Shown: positions 40,272 through 52,203, counted from the whole stretch's first letter. The stretch: 63,967 nt of DNA, filler included, from Octopus bimaculoides (GCF_001194135.2; 6 parts of 5 records of this genome joined end to end with filler, not necessarily neighbours in it); one strand, 5' to 3'. The notes: generated from the letters alone by a model not told the origin. Translations and numbers: made by a program.

Positions 40272-40436
40272 ATCTTAAAGCAGTTCATTAAACTTGGCTT
40301 CCGCCCAACCTACATTATCTATGAGGCTCTGCATAACTCTGAACCAATCTTAGAAACCATGGATTATCTCCATCAGAATGGATACTTTCCACAGAGTAAA
40401 CGAGGATGGAATTATATCTTTGAATACCAATTTTGA
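40272..40436 (+). CDS. Terminal coding exon of the same FkbM-family methyltransferase
   Basis: Acceptor cttatctttttcAG at 40270-71, phase 0 as the upstream donor requires. Reads ILKQFIKLGFRPTYIIYEALHNSEPILETMDYLHQNGYFPQSKRGWNYIFEYQF* (TGA 40434-36). RPxxIxxE followed by L...GY...NYIF is the typical FkbM C-terminal pattern. Confidence 0.85.
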   Translation: MLKQFIKLGFRPTYIIYEALHNSEPILETMDYLHQNGYFPQSKRGWNYIFEYQF

Positions 40437-40449
40437 ATAGTTCAAGTTA

Positions 40450-40455
40450 AATAAA
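40450..40455 (+). terminator. Candidate polyadenylation signal AATAAA for the methyltransferase
   Basis: AATAAA 13 nt after the stop codon. Position is plausible, but the motif is common in AT-rich DNA. Confidence 0.35.
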
Positions 40456-40612
40456 AATAGCTGTGGAAGAGAGAGTGATGAAAAAAAAACAAAATTCAAT
40501 GTTTGATGGGGAATACAGTTACACACACGCATGCACACACACATGTATACACATATATAGACACACACACACACGCATATATATGTATGTATATGTGTGT
40601 GTGTATATGTAT

Positions 40613-41297
40613 TCATCATCATCATTTAGCATCTGCTTTTCATGCTGGCATGGGTTAGACAGTTTGACTGAAACTGGTAAGCTGGAGAGCTGCACCAGTT
40701 TCCTATCTGATTTGCCATGGTTTCTGCAGCTGGATGCTCTTCCTAATTCCAACAACTGCAAGAGTGTAATGGGTGCGTTTTATGTGCCACTGGCATGGAT
40801 GCCAGTTATGTGAAACCAGCATGGCCACAACTGCGATTTCACTTGGCTTTACGAGTCTTCTCAAGCATGCCATATTGCCAAAGGTCTTGGTCACTTGTCA
40901 TCACCTCCGTTTGAAGATCATGTTTCACCGCCTTGTCCCATGTCTTTCTGGTTCCCTCCACAATTAGAGATCGACAATTCTTTACACAACAGTCCTCGTC
41001 CATATGCATCACATGACCATACCAGCACAGTCATCTCTCTTGCACACCACATCTGGTGCCTGTTATGCCCAACTTTTCTCTCAAGATGCTTACATTCTGT
41101 TGTACATATACTGACGTTGCACAACCAGCGAAGCATACTAGCTTCATTTCTTTCAAGCCTAGGCATGTCTTTGAGTGGTCACAGCCCATGTTTCACTTCT
41201 GTTTGCACACAGCCATCATACAATCTGCCTTTCACTCAAAAGGGAGGCTCTTCATTACTAATAGAGGTAGGACCTCTCTGAACTTCACCCAGCCTGT
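40613..41297 (-). mobile_element. 5'-truncated RTE LINE
   Basis: Minus-strand ORF RLERNEASMLRWLCNVS plus the RTE 3' UTR and an (ATC)n tail at 40613. Confidence 0.85.
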
Positions 41298-41304
41298 ATA
41301 AATG

Positions 41305-41346
<42 letters not shown>

Positions 41347-41351
<5 letters not shown>

Positions 41352-41467
41352 CACGTGTATAAGGGATGACCACTAGGTGGACATCCAATATGCTAGAAAG
41401 AGGTCATCAACGACCAAACCACAAAGAAAAATAATGTTCAGTGGTCATCCCTTATACACGTGTAATA
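41347..41467. repeat. Perfect 28-bp inverted repeat with a 65-nt spacer
   Basis: tattacacgtgtataagggatgaccact (41347-74) and agtggtcatcccttatacacgtgtaata (41440-67). Confidence 0.9.
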
Positions 41468-41589
41468 CAATTTTTTCTGAATTTTCAGATTTTTTTATAT
41501 GCTAGGCCACTTGGTTTTAAATTGAATTAATATTCAATTTATCACCCTGTCTAGATATATATATATATTATATAGTATATATATATATC

Positions 41590-41770
41590 TACATGACAAT
41601 GCTGGTGTGTTTACTTCCCTATAATTTAGCGGTTTAGCAAAGAAACCAGTAGAATAAGTACTAGGCTTACAAAGAATAAGTTCTGGGGTCAATTTGTTCG
41701 ACCAAAGGCAGTCCTCCTGCTTGGCTGCAGTCAAATGACTGAAACAAATGAATAAAAAAGCTAAAAGAAA
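41590..41770 (+). mobile_element. Composite SINE B-part
   Basis: gctggtgtgtttac..ttagcggtttagc..ggggtcaatttgttcgac..aaatgactgaaacaa, following an (AT)n run. Confidence 0.75.
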
Positions 41771-41771
41771 A

Positions 41772-41814
<43 letters not shown>

Positions 41815-42670
41815 TGCATGCGCATACACATAGCACACACACAACATAATTTCTGAACTATGCAATGGAATGAGCTCTAGATTATAATTTTTATCTGTAT
41901 GACATGCTTAACCCTTTTGTTATCAACCCGGCTGAAACCGGCTCTGGCTCTGAGTACAAATGTCTTGTTTTCATAAGATTTGAATTAAAATCTACCACCA
42001 ATCCTTAGTCACAATTTATGTTCCTAACACTAGCTGAATGATAACTTAAGTTATTTTACTAAATTCTTTGAAAGAAACACAGAGCACCTCAAAAAAAAAA
42101 ATACAGTAACAAAATGGTTAATGTATGTATATAATTGCAATATCAGAGCCTGCAGTGGTTATCTTGTAGAAAGTTCCATCTGTGTTATGTTCTTGACACA
42201 ATATTTCCATAAAGAGATCTTTCCTTGAGACAGTCCCATTGCAGCCTCTTACTTTTCATTGATATGCATGTATTAAGTATGTCATATAAATAAAGAGACC
42301 TAAAGTTCGTTTTCTATGTTTTTGTTTTTATGTTTTCGTTTCTCATTGTGTCTCCGTGTTTTTGATGTCCTGTATCCATATATGCATGTATATATACATA
42401 TATATGTAGGTATGCACATATANNNNNNNNNNNNNNNNNNNNNNNNNNNNNNNNNNNNNNNNNNNNNNNNNNNNNNNNNNNNNNNNNNNNNNNNNNNNNN
42501 NNNNNNNNNNNNNNNNNNNNNNNNNNNNNNNNNNNNNNNNNNAGGTGATACAAAAAATTGACAACAAAACATCCAGATAGACGATACAAAGAAAACAAGT
42601 ATGGGTCATTCAGAGATATATAATATATATTATATATTACATATATATATATTGTATATATTTATATTAT

Positions 42671-43559
42671 ATGAAAATAATAAGAGTAGAAAATTTAGAG
42701 AAATATGCTACCGGTGGCCAGCATGTGTAATAATGTCAATAGACAACATGTTTTCCATATAAATTAGTGTACGTTTTTATACACAAAAGAGGTGACCTTA
42801 ATAGGACACCTTACCTGCTGGAAAGGGCAGTTACAGACAAAACCACAAATAAGAGTCATTTCAATGGGAATGAAAAATAAAAACATTTCAATAGTTACCC
42901 TTATACTCAAGTTTCAACATCAATGTGCAAAGAAAGTAATTTGCCATCCATGCATCTTCAGTAAGGGCGCTAAAATTAATGTATATTTATGCAGCACTAA
43001 ATGTTTTATTTGCTTACTCTTATTCTGTAACTGCCCTTTCCAGCAAGTAAGGTGTCCTGTTAAAGTCACCTCTTTTGTGTATAAAAACGTACACTAATTT
43101 ATATGAAAAATATGTTGTTTATTGACTTTATTACACATGTTGGCCACCGATAGAATATTTCTCTAAATTTTCTACCCTTATTATTTTCATAGTAATATTT
43201 TTCATAATCTTGAAGAACTTTGGTACACAGTTTTAATTCTTATCATTATTTGCTGCCCATTGTAGCTGCACTTGCACGGCAGATTTGAAAAATTATAATG
43301 AATATGAATGGAACATGTGTGTATTAACTGTTGCATAGATATACATTACTTTTAGCGCCCATACTGATGATGTACAGATGGCAAATTATTTCATTTGCAT
43401 ATTGATGTTGAAACTTGAGTATAAGGGTAACTATTGAAATGTTTTTATTTTTCATTCCCTTTGAAATTACTCTTATTCGTGGTTTGGGCTGTAACTGCCC
43501 TTTCCAGCATGTAAGGTGTCCTGTTTAGGTCACCTCTTTTTTTTATAGAATGTACACTA

Positions 43560-43567
<8 letters not shown>
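42671..43567. repeat. Nested long inverted repeats (fold-back element)
   Basis: 42671-42837 is inverted at 43024-43190, and 42768-42948 is inverted at 43377-43567. The right end is cut by (AT)n and an RTE insertion. Confidence 0.85.
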
Positions 43568-43605
<38 letters not shown>

Positions 43606-44675
43606 TCATCATCATCGTTTAATGTCTGTTTTCTATGTTGGCATGGGTTGGACGGTTGGACGGTTCGATTGCGGTCTGGGATGTCAGGAGGCTGTACCAG
43701 GCCCCAATCTGGTCTGGTGGTGTTTCTACATCTGGATGCCCTTCCTAACGCCAACCACTCCAAGAGTGTAGTGGGTACTTTTTACATGCTACCAGCACAA
43801 GGGGCCAGAGGAGCTGACATCGACCATGATCGGATGGTGCTTTTTATGTGCCAATTGCATGGAAGCCAGTCAAGGCGGCACTGGCATCGGCCACGTTCGG
43901 ATGGTGCTTTTTACATGCTACCAGCACAGGGCTCACAGCTACAATTTCCATTTGATTTGATTTTGATATTGTTGATGTTGATGTACTTGACTCAATAGGT
44001 CTCTTCAAGCATGGCATGTCACCCTACGATCCAAGGTACTTTTGAGTGAGCTGGTTATGCGACACTGGTGTAGGTTACAGCTGTGGACTCACTTTATTTG
44101 CTGGGACTTCTCAGTCACAGCATACCTCCAGAGGTCTCAGTCTTTTGTCATTGTCTCTGTGAGGCCCAACGTTCGAAGGCCATGCTTCACCATCTCATTC
44201 CATGTCTTCCTGGGTCTCCCTCTACCCTGGATTCCTTCCACTGTTGGGAGTGGCACTTCTTCACACAGCTCTCCTTGTCCATCTGGTACATGACCAGACC
44301 AATGCACACGTCTCTCTTGCATGCCACATCCGATGCTTCTTATGTGTAACATTTCTCTCAGGGCGCTTACACTCTGTTGTGTGTGCACACTAACATTACA
44401 CATCCAGTGGATCATGCTAGCTTCATTTCTTTTGAGCCTACACATGTCTTCAGCAGTCACGACCCATGTTTCACTGCCGTGAGGCATGGCAATTTGCACA
44501 CATGCGTCATACAATCTACCTTTGACTCTGAGCGAGAGGCCCTTTGTCACCAGTAGGGCTAGAAGCTTTCTGAACTTTGCCTAGGCTATTCTTATTCTAG
44601 TGGTAGCACTCTCTGAGCATTCACCCCCACTTGGTCATCTAGGTAGCGGAAGCTATCAACTACTAGTTTCTCATA
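43606..44675 (-). mobile_element. 5'-truncated RTE LINE
   Basis: ORF 44137-44550: GLSLRVKGRLYDACVQIAMPHGSETW..GRGRPRKTWNEMVKHGL. 3' UTR with internal duplications and an (ATC)n tail. Confidence 0.9.
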
Positions 44676-44697
44676 TATTATGTATATATATATATAT

Positions 44698-44797
44698 NNN
44701 NNNNNNNNNNNNNNNNNNNNNNNNNNNNNNNNNNNNNNNNNTTAATTAATTAANNNNNNNNNNNNNNNNNNNNNNNNNNNNNNNNNNNNNNNNNNNN
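44698..44797. other. Artificial scaffold linker (44 N + TTAATTAATTAA + 44 N)
   Basis: Cassette at 44742-44753. Confidence 0.95.
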
Positions 44798-44839
<42 letters not shown>

Positions 44840-45774
44840 CGGTAAGTAGAGTTAGCGGTTGGAATAACAGTCTCAGGGATAAGAATATCCGCTATTACTG
44901 CCGATATAAATTACCTATGTTAACTCTGAGCATGGATATGCAAGTATACTATGCTCATAGGATACAGGCAGTAACAAAATAAACAAGAGTTTATTATCAG
45001 GAAACAAATTTAAATTAATCAGAAAATGGAGAAAACCTTTGATCAACAAACAAATTGACTAGCATCGGCTATTATTTTTAAAATACAAAACTTTAACATT
45101 GCTAACAGCCATTTCTGCCACCAATGTCAGTCGGTGCTGCCAAAGAAAATTTTGAGAATAATATTCATCATCTTTTATAGATGGAGCTTCATCAGAGTGA
45201 ATACAAATGCATAAAATAAAAGCAAAGAAGAGGGAAGAGGAAAGAAGGTTTAATAAGTTAGAATCAAACCATTTTGAAGTGTGAAGCTTGAAGTCGATGA
45301 TCAAATATATAAACTAGAAAAATAATTGGTGGATTAACCTTTCTTTGGGGGTCCCAGGGTGTATAAATAATATGAAAATAAAACTAGTACTTAAGTATAA
45401 CTGGGTTCGCCAATAAGTTCAGAAAACGAATACTACTTATGATTTCGTAAATAGTGCTAATTAATATTTATCCAACAACATACCCATAAAGTTGTTTCAA
45501 TAATGTACTTACTGATATATTCTAAAGACCAACCACCTATTGTCCGTAATGGAATTGACCGAAGTCCAGCCGTCCCTATAATTGGTCAGTTTAATATAAA
45601 ACCAAGGGCAAGCTTAGACCGTTATTGGCGTAGATGTAAATAAAGAAATAAATAAAATACATGTGTGGCGGAGTAGCCTATGTCATAAGTGGCCCAAGGC
45701 CGCTTGTGTCATTATAAACCAACTAACATGAAAAGCACCGTACGACAGTAAATCACTAACAGTTAAGGGGAGAC

Positions 45775-45950
45775 ACTGCAATAGCTTGGGTCTCAAGAAC
45801 CCACATGTCTTCAATGCCTCCCAGCAAACATGTAATATCTGAATGAGGTGGATGTAAGTGTCTTCAAAGCAGAACTGGACATCCTCCTTCCAAGAGCATA
45901 CCTCACGTCAGGAAAACGCAGATGAAGGCATTCACCAAATGTCACATATC
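45775..45950 (+). mobile_element. CR1/L2-group LINE 3' remnant
   Basis: atagcttgggtctcaagaacccacatgtcttcaatgcc..gatgtaagtgtcttcaaagcagaactggac is homologous to 53105-53230. Confidence 0.55.
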
Positions 45951-46468
45951 AGAGGAGGTTTCGAGCTGTGAAAGTGTAGCAAAGCTTACAGTCGTGCCCC
46001 TGCATGGCCGCAGCTCTCGAGCTGAAGCTAGTGAAAGAATTAAAAAGTTAAAAAATAAAAGATAATGAAAAATATGTCACTCGTGCCACGATATTTATTC
46101 CGCCCCTACCAGCGACTTCCTTTCAATGAGTGGGTTGTATGTATATCTGATCCTATGCATGGGCGTATATACACAGTTGTACGCGTTTATATGCATGTTC
46201 GTGCCTTGTATGTGTGCTTATTAGCTTTTGTATAATCTTATGCAAATGAGAAAATGTACAAGCATGAGTAAATGTTAAAATGTATATGAGAGCACATTGG
46301 AGCTTGTATTTGAATTTGTGTGTGTATACACACACACACACACACAAACACACATATATATATAGATATACGTGTCTATATGTAGCTGTATGTCTATGTA
46401 CAATGAATGTGTGTGCGTGAATGTGTGTGCATGTAAATGTATGTATATCTCTCTCTTTATCTCTCTCT

Positions 46469-46514
<46 letters not shown>

Positions 46515-47254
46515 NNNNNNNNNNNNNNNNNNNNNNNNNNNNNNNNNNNNNNNNNNNNNNNNNNNNNNNNNNNNNNNNNNNNNNNNNNNNNNNNNNNNNN
46601 NNNNNNNNNNNNNNNNNNNNNNNNNNNNNNNNNNNNNNNNNNNNNNNNNNNNACGTATATTGTATTGTATGTGTACGTCTATGTATATGCCTCTGTGTAT
46701 ACATATGGTTATATATTCGCGTATGTCTATACATGCAAACAATGTTCTCATAACGTGTGGCCAGACACCACACGGAGATAACAGATATGCATAAAGTGCC
46801 TCGACTTTTCTTCTTTGGTATACTATGTCCCTCCAAACTGTATTGTTAGGGGCACGTAACGACGTCGGTGGAGGTAGGGGTCGAAGTCAGAGGGTTAAGT
46901 CTATTTTTTACTTTTAAACAATGAGATCTTCTCCTCCCCACCTCATACACGCCATCAAATATGTGTGTTTACATATGTGTTTGTATGTCTGTGTTTGTAT
47001 GTCTGTTTATTTATTTGTGTGTGTGTGTGTGTGTGTGTTTATGCTTATGTTTATGTAAACGACTCCCTCAATACCTGTACAATGAATCATGCTAACTAGA
47101 CTCTGTGAACCAGTCCCGTTGGCGACCCCCTACATATACCGAGTCAGGACACTGCTTTTTACATTACACGCAACAGAAATTGTTAAACTCTGGACTTAAA
47201 ACTTAATGATTATACTGTAACTCCCCTCTTGGGGTATTTCAAATTCATGATGTA

Positions 47255-47394
47255 CAGTCGTGGCCAAACGTTTGGAACAGAACTGACAATTAGAATTTTT
47301 ATATTAACTGTCCAGATATATACGTTGCATATATTTGAATCGAATTGTACTTGGGCATAACAGTTTTAATTTTAAAAACTTTTGACCATGACTC
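47255..47394. mobile_element. Tc1/mariner-derived MITE
   Basis: TA-cagtcgtggccaaacgttt ... aaacttttgaccatgactc-TA: imperfect TIRs with TA flanks. Confidence 0.65.
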
Positions 47395-48052
47395 TATATA
47401 GGCACAAGCAAAGGTTACTATACATACAAACATACATACAAACGCAAATACAAATATACAAATATACATACATACTTATATACATGCATACATACAAACG
47501 TACATTATTATTATTATTATTATTATTATTGATTGATTGAGAGAGCAGTGCATGCCATCAAAGTACCACTGGGGTAAAATATACGAAGCCCATTATACCC
47601 ATCATGACTACCCGTCTGATAAGGGTACACCAGGCACATGCATCACAACCATATGTGCACGACATGGTGATCTCATATCAAGATAAACAGTGCATGATCT
47701 CGCAGGTGTGGCCAAGTTAGAATTTTCTTCAGGTCGAGTAGCCCATCGCGCTCAAAAGGTCCCTGAATAAGGTTTGTTTAAGGATGTTGAGCAAAACACC
47801 CATGTTTCCAAAGGTGAATTATTCAAACCCCAAAGAATTCCTCTCAACACATGGCTAGGATGATCCCCCACTACTTCTGGTCATGATCAGAGATGCACAT
47901 ATCATCAGCCACCAAGGGACATGCTCAACTGGTTAAGGTTAAACAACTGACAAGCAAATCTGTGGTATTAAGCAGAATATTTGCTGTAGGCCATCTTTTT
48001 ATACCAAGCAAATCTGTGGTATTAAGCGTATTATTTATCATCATCATCATCA

Positions 48053-48091
<39 letters not shown>

Positions 48092-48124
48092 GTTCGTCCG
48101 TCGTCGACGATGACCAAAGACATC

Positions 48125-48272
48125 ACATGGGAGAGTTGGACGGGGCACGGTGTGTCCAGCTGTGGCCAATCTTTTTCTGACCATATGGCAACAGGAAGTT
48201 GTTCCCCAGGAGCTTAAAGACTGTTCTATTGTCCATCTCTACAAGAGAAAGGGAAAACAGCAGCTCTGTGGC
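48125..48272 (+). mobile_element. RTE/BovB-like RT N-terminal fragment
   Basis: Translates to LFLTIWQQEVVPQELKDCSIVHLYKRKG, matching the IWxxExVPQDxKDAxIVHLYKRKG motif. Confidence 0.7.
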
Positions 48273-48317
48273 ATACGTACATATATACATGCACATATAC
48301 ATGTATATATGTATATA

Positions 48318-48455
48318 TTCTTTTATTCTTTTAGTTGTTTCAGTCATTTGACTGCGGCTATGCTGGAGCACCACCTTTTTAGTCGAGCAAATCGACCCCA
48401 GGACTTATTCTTTGTAAGCCTAGTACTTATTCTATCGGTCTCTTTTGCCGAACCG
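48318..48455 (-). mobile_element. Composite SINE B-part
   Basis: gtttcagtcatttgactgcggc..gtcgagcaaatcgaccccagg..ttttgccgaaccg; CpGs intact. Confidence 0.8.
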
Positions 48456-48632
48456 ATATTTATAATATCATACCTTGAGACTGTGTAAGCTAAGATCCCC
48501 GTTGACAGGCCGCTGGTATTTATAGTATTAAACACTCTCGGTATGCAAAGTAGGGACTCCTTCATAGAGTAACTGCTGCGTTTGTTGAGTATAAAAACTG
48601 TTTGGCTGCTTGTTTCTAGAATGCTGTAGACT

Positions 48633-48673
48633 CCTCTGATGAGAACCCAATAAGGTTCGAAAACCGATTAAGG
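48633..48673 (+). ncRNA. Type I minimal hammerhead ribozyme (Penelope-like)
   Basis: CCT-CTGATGA-GAACC-caataa-GGTTC-GAA-AACCGATT-A-AGG: intact CUGAUGA/GAAA core, perfect 5-bp stem II, near-palindromic stem III, UUA triplet, 3-bp stem I. Confidence 0.65.
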
Positions 48674-49686
48674 TTGTTCATATTTTTTTCAGTCTGCAGA
48701 GAAATAGCTAAAATTTTCCCTGTTTATAATTATNNNNNNNNNNNNNNNNNNNNNNNNNNNNNNNNNNNNNNNNNNNNNNNNNNNNNNNNNNNNNNNNNNN
48801 NNNNNNNNNNNNNNNNNNNNNNNNNNNNNNNNNNNNNNNNNNNNNNNNNNNNNNNNNNNNNNNNNNNNNNNNNNNNNNNNNNNNNNNNNNNNNNNNNNNN
48901 NNNNNNNNNNNNNNNNNNNNNNNNNNNNNNNNNNNNNNNNNNNNNNNNNNNNNNNNNNNNNNNNNNNNNNNNNNNNNNNNNNNNNNNNNNNNNNNNNNNN
49001 TATATATGTGTGTGTGTGTGTGTGTGGGTGTGTACACACACACACACACGTATATCTATAACAATGAACAAAAAATGGACAACAGAGGAGGAACAAAGTT
49101 AAACAAACGCTGTATAAGTTTAACGCTTGAATGGAGAGAGAAGCAGTTAGAATGATTCGGGCGTTTGTCATTTATCAGATAAATAGAGAAAGAGAAATGG
49201 TGAGAAAAAAGAAATATATAAGTTTAGACCTAGTACATTTAATTAACATTCACGTAACCTCGGTATTTAAAGAGACCTTGCGTTATAACAAAGAGCTCTC
49301 TCGACATAACGAGCCGAAGAAAATCGACGAAACCAATTTTCCTGATTTGTCAAGATGTGTCTTTCCCGTATCTTTACTCACAGAAGTAACTCAGCCTGCT
49401 ACCATTTATCTTATCTCCCAGTGGAATCAGTAGCATTCGTCGACATTAATCATTTGCATATCAGTTCATTTTACAACATAGCAAAAATCAATTTTAAATT
49501 TCCATTGCATTGTGTGTTTATCTGTAGAGACACGTTGATAATGAATGCAATAAGATAATATATCTAAGCACATCATATATTGATGATGTAAGGGGAAAAA
49601 AATCTATCTATCTATTATTCATAGACACACAGACACACAAACACACACACACACACACACACATGCATATATATACATATATACAA

Positions 49687-49725
<39 letters not shown>

Positions 49726-50712
49726 NNNNNNNNNNNNNNNNNNNNNNNNNNNNNNNNNNNNNNNNNNNNNNNNNNNNNNNNNNNNNNNNNNNNNNNNNNN
49801 NNNNNNNNNNNNNNNNNNNNNNNNNNNNNNNNNNNNNNNNNNNNNNNNNNNNNNNNNNNNNNNNNNNNNNNNNNNNNNNNNNNNNNNNNNNNNNNNNNNN
49901 NNNNNNNNNNNNNNNNNNNNNNNNNNNNNNNNNNNNNNNNNNNNNNNNNNNNNNNNNNNNNNNNNNNNNNNNNNNNNNNNNNNNNNNNNNNNNNNNNNNN
50001 NNNNNNNNNNNNNNNNNNNNNNNNNNNNNNNNNNNNNNNNNNNNNNNNNNNNNNNNNNNNNNNNNNNNNNNNNNNNNNNNNNNNNNNNNNNNNNNNNNNN
50101 NNNNNNNNNNNNNNNNNNNNNNNNNNNNNNNNNNNNNNNNNNNNNNNNNNNNNNNNNNNNNNNNNNNNNNNNNNNNNNNNNNNNNNNNNNNNNNNNNNNN
50201 NNNNNNNNNNNNNNNNNNNNNNNNNNNNNNNNNNNNNNNNNNNNNNNNNNNNNNNNNNNNNNNNNNNNNNNNNNNNNNNNNNNNNNNNNNNNNNNNNNNN
50301 NNNNNNNNNNNNNNNNNNNNNNNNNNNNNNNNNNNNNNNNNNNNNNNNNNNNNNNNNNNNNNNNNNNNNNNNNNNNNNNNNNNNNNNNNNNNNNNNNNNN
50401 NNNNNNNNNNNNNNNNNNNNNNNNNNNNNNNNNNNNNNNNNNNNNNNNNNNNNNNNNNNNNNNNNNNNNNNNNNNNNNNNNNNNNNNNNNNNNNNNNNNN
50501 NNNNNNNNNNNNNNNNNNNNNNNNNNNNNNNNNNNNNNNNNNNNNNNNNNNNNNNNNNNNNNNNNNNNNNNNNNNNNNNNNNNNNNNNNNNNNNNNNNNN
50601 NNNNNNNNNNNNNNNNNNNNNNNNNNNNNNNNNNNNNNNNNNNNNNNNNNNNNNNNNNNNNNNNNNNNNNNNNNNNNNNNNNNNNNNNNNNNNNNNNNNN
50701 NNNNNNNNNNNN

Positions 50713-50745
<33 letters not shown>

Positions 50746-50756
50746 TATATATATGC

Positions 50757-50892
50757 ATACGATGGGCTTCTTTCAGTTTCCGTCTACCAAATCCAACCAC
50801 AAGGCTTTGGTCGACCCGAGGCTATAGTAGAAGACACTTGCCCAAGGTGCAACTCAGTGGGACTGAACCCAGAACCATGTGGTTGGCAAGCA
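50757..50892 (-). mobile_element. Composite SINE A-part next to (CA)n and a gap
   Basis: gatgggcttctttcagtttccgtctacc..gaagacacttgcccaagg..gggactgaacccag. Confidence 0.8.
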
Positions 50893-51121
50893 ATATATTA
50901 TATATATATATTGACGTTTGCGTACACATGCATACATACAAACATATATATATATACATACATGCATGTATGCATACATACATACAAACATACATACATA
51001 CATGCATGTATGCATACATACATACATACATACATGCATACAACGTTGGAGCTTTGTATTTTTTTTAGAAATAAGCTTCTTCCACACAGGAAGACTTCAA
51101 AAAATTAAAAACAGACGAGAA

Positions 51122-51153
<32 letters not shown>

Positions 51154-52203
51154 GAAGGAGAAGAAAGAGAAATGATAAAAAAAGACCGCTTCCCACTTCC
51201 ACCCCACTTTACCTTTTCACCCAGTGCACCCCCACCGCCATCACCATTGTCGTCGCCTCCCTTATTGCAAACGTAGATCTTGCTTCTTTCTCAATTTTTT
51301 TTTGTAATAACGAATTCGACCTAACTGCAATCTGTCTGTCTGTTTGTCTGTCTGTCTCTCTCTCTGTCTCTCTCTCTCTCTCTCCTTCATTCCCTGTCTT
51401 TCTCTCTCTGTCCGTCTGTCTGTCTGTGTAAACGTCTGCCTTATCGTCTGTCTGTGTAATCGTCTGCCTTATCGTCTGTCTGTTTTCTTACACATACACT
51501 CAAACACACTCATACACTCAAACACACTCATACACGCACCCCCCCCCNNNNNNNNNNNNNNNNNNNNNNNNNNNNNNNNNNNNNNNNNNNNNNNNNNNNN
51601 NNNNNNNNNNNNNNNNNNNNNNNNNNNNNNNNNNNNNNNNNNNNNNNNNNNNNNNNNNNNNNNNNNNNNNNNNNNNNNNNNNNNNNNNNNNNNNNNNNNN
51701 NNNNNNNNNNNNNNNNNNNNNNNNNNNNNNNNNNNNNNNNNNNNNNNNNNNNNNNNNNNNNNNNNNNNNNNNNNNNNNNNNNNNNNNNNNNNNNNNNNNN
51801 NNNNNNNNNNNNNNNNNNNNNNNNNNNNNNNNNNNNNNNNNNNNNNNNNNNNNNNNNNNNNNNNNNNNNNNNNNNNNNNNNNNNNNNNNNNNNNNNNNNN
51901 NNNNNNNNNNNNNNNNNNNNNNNNNNNNNNNNNNNNNNNNNNNNNNNNNNNNNNNNNNNNNNNNNNNNNNNNNNNNNNNNNNNNNNNNNNNNNNNNNNNN
52001 NNNNNNNNNNNNNNNNNNNNNNNNNNNNNNNNNNNNNNNNNNNNNNNNNNNNNNNNNNNNNNNNNNNNNNNNNNNNNNNNNNNNNNNNNNNNNNNNNNNN
52101 NNNNNNNNNNNNNNNNNNNNNNNNNNNNNNNNNNNNNNNNNNNNNNNNNNNNNNNNNNNNNNNNNNNNNNNNNNNNNNNNNNNNNNNNNNNNNNNNNNNN
52201 NNN

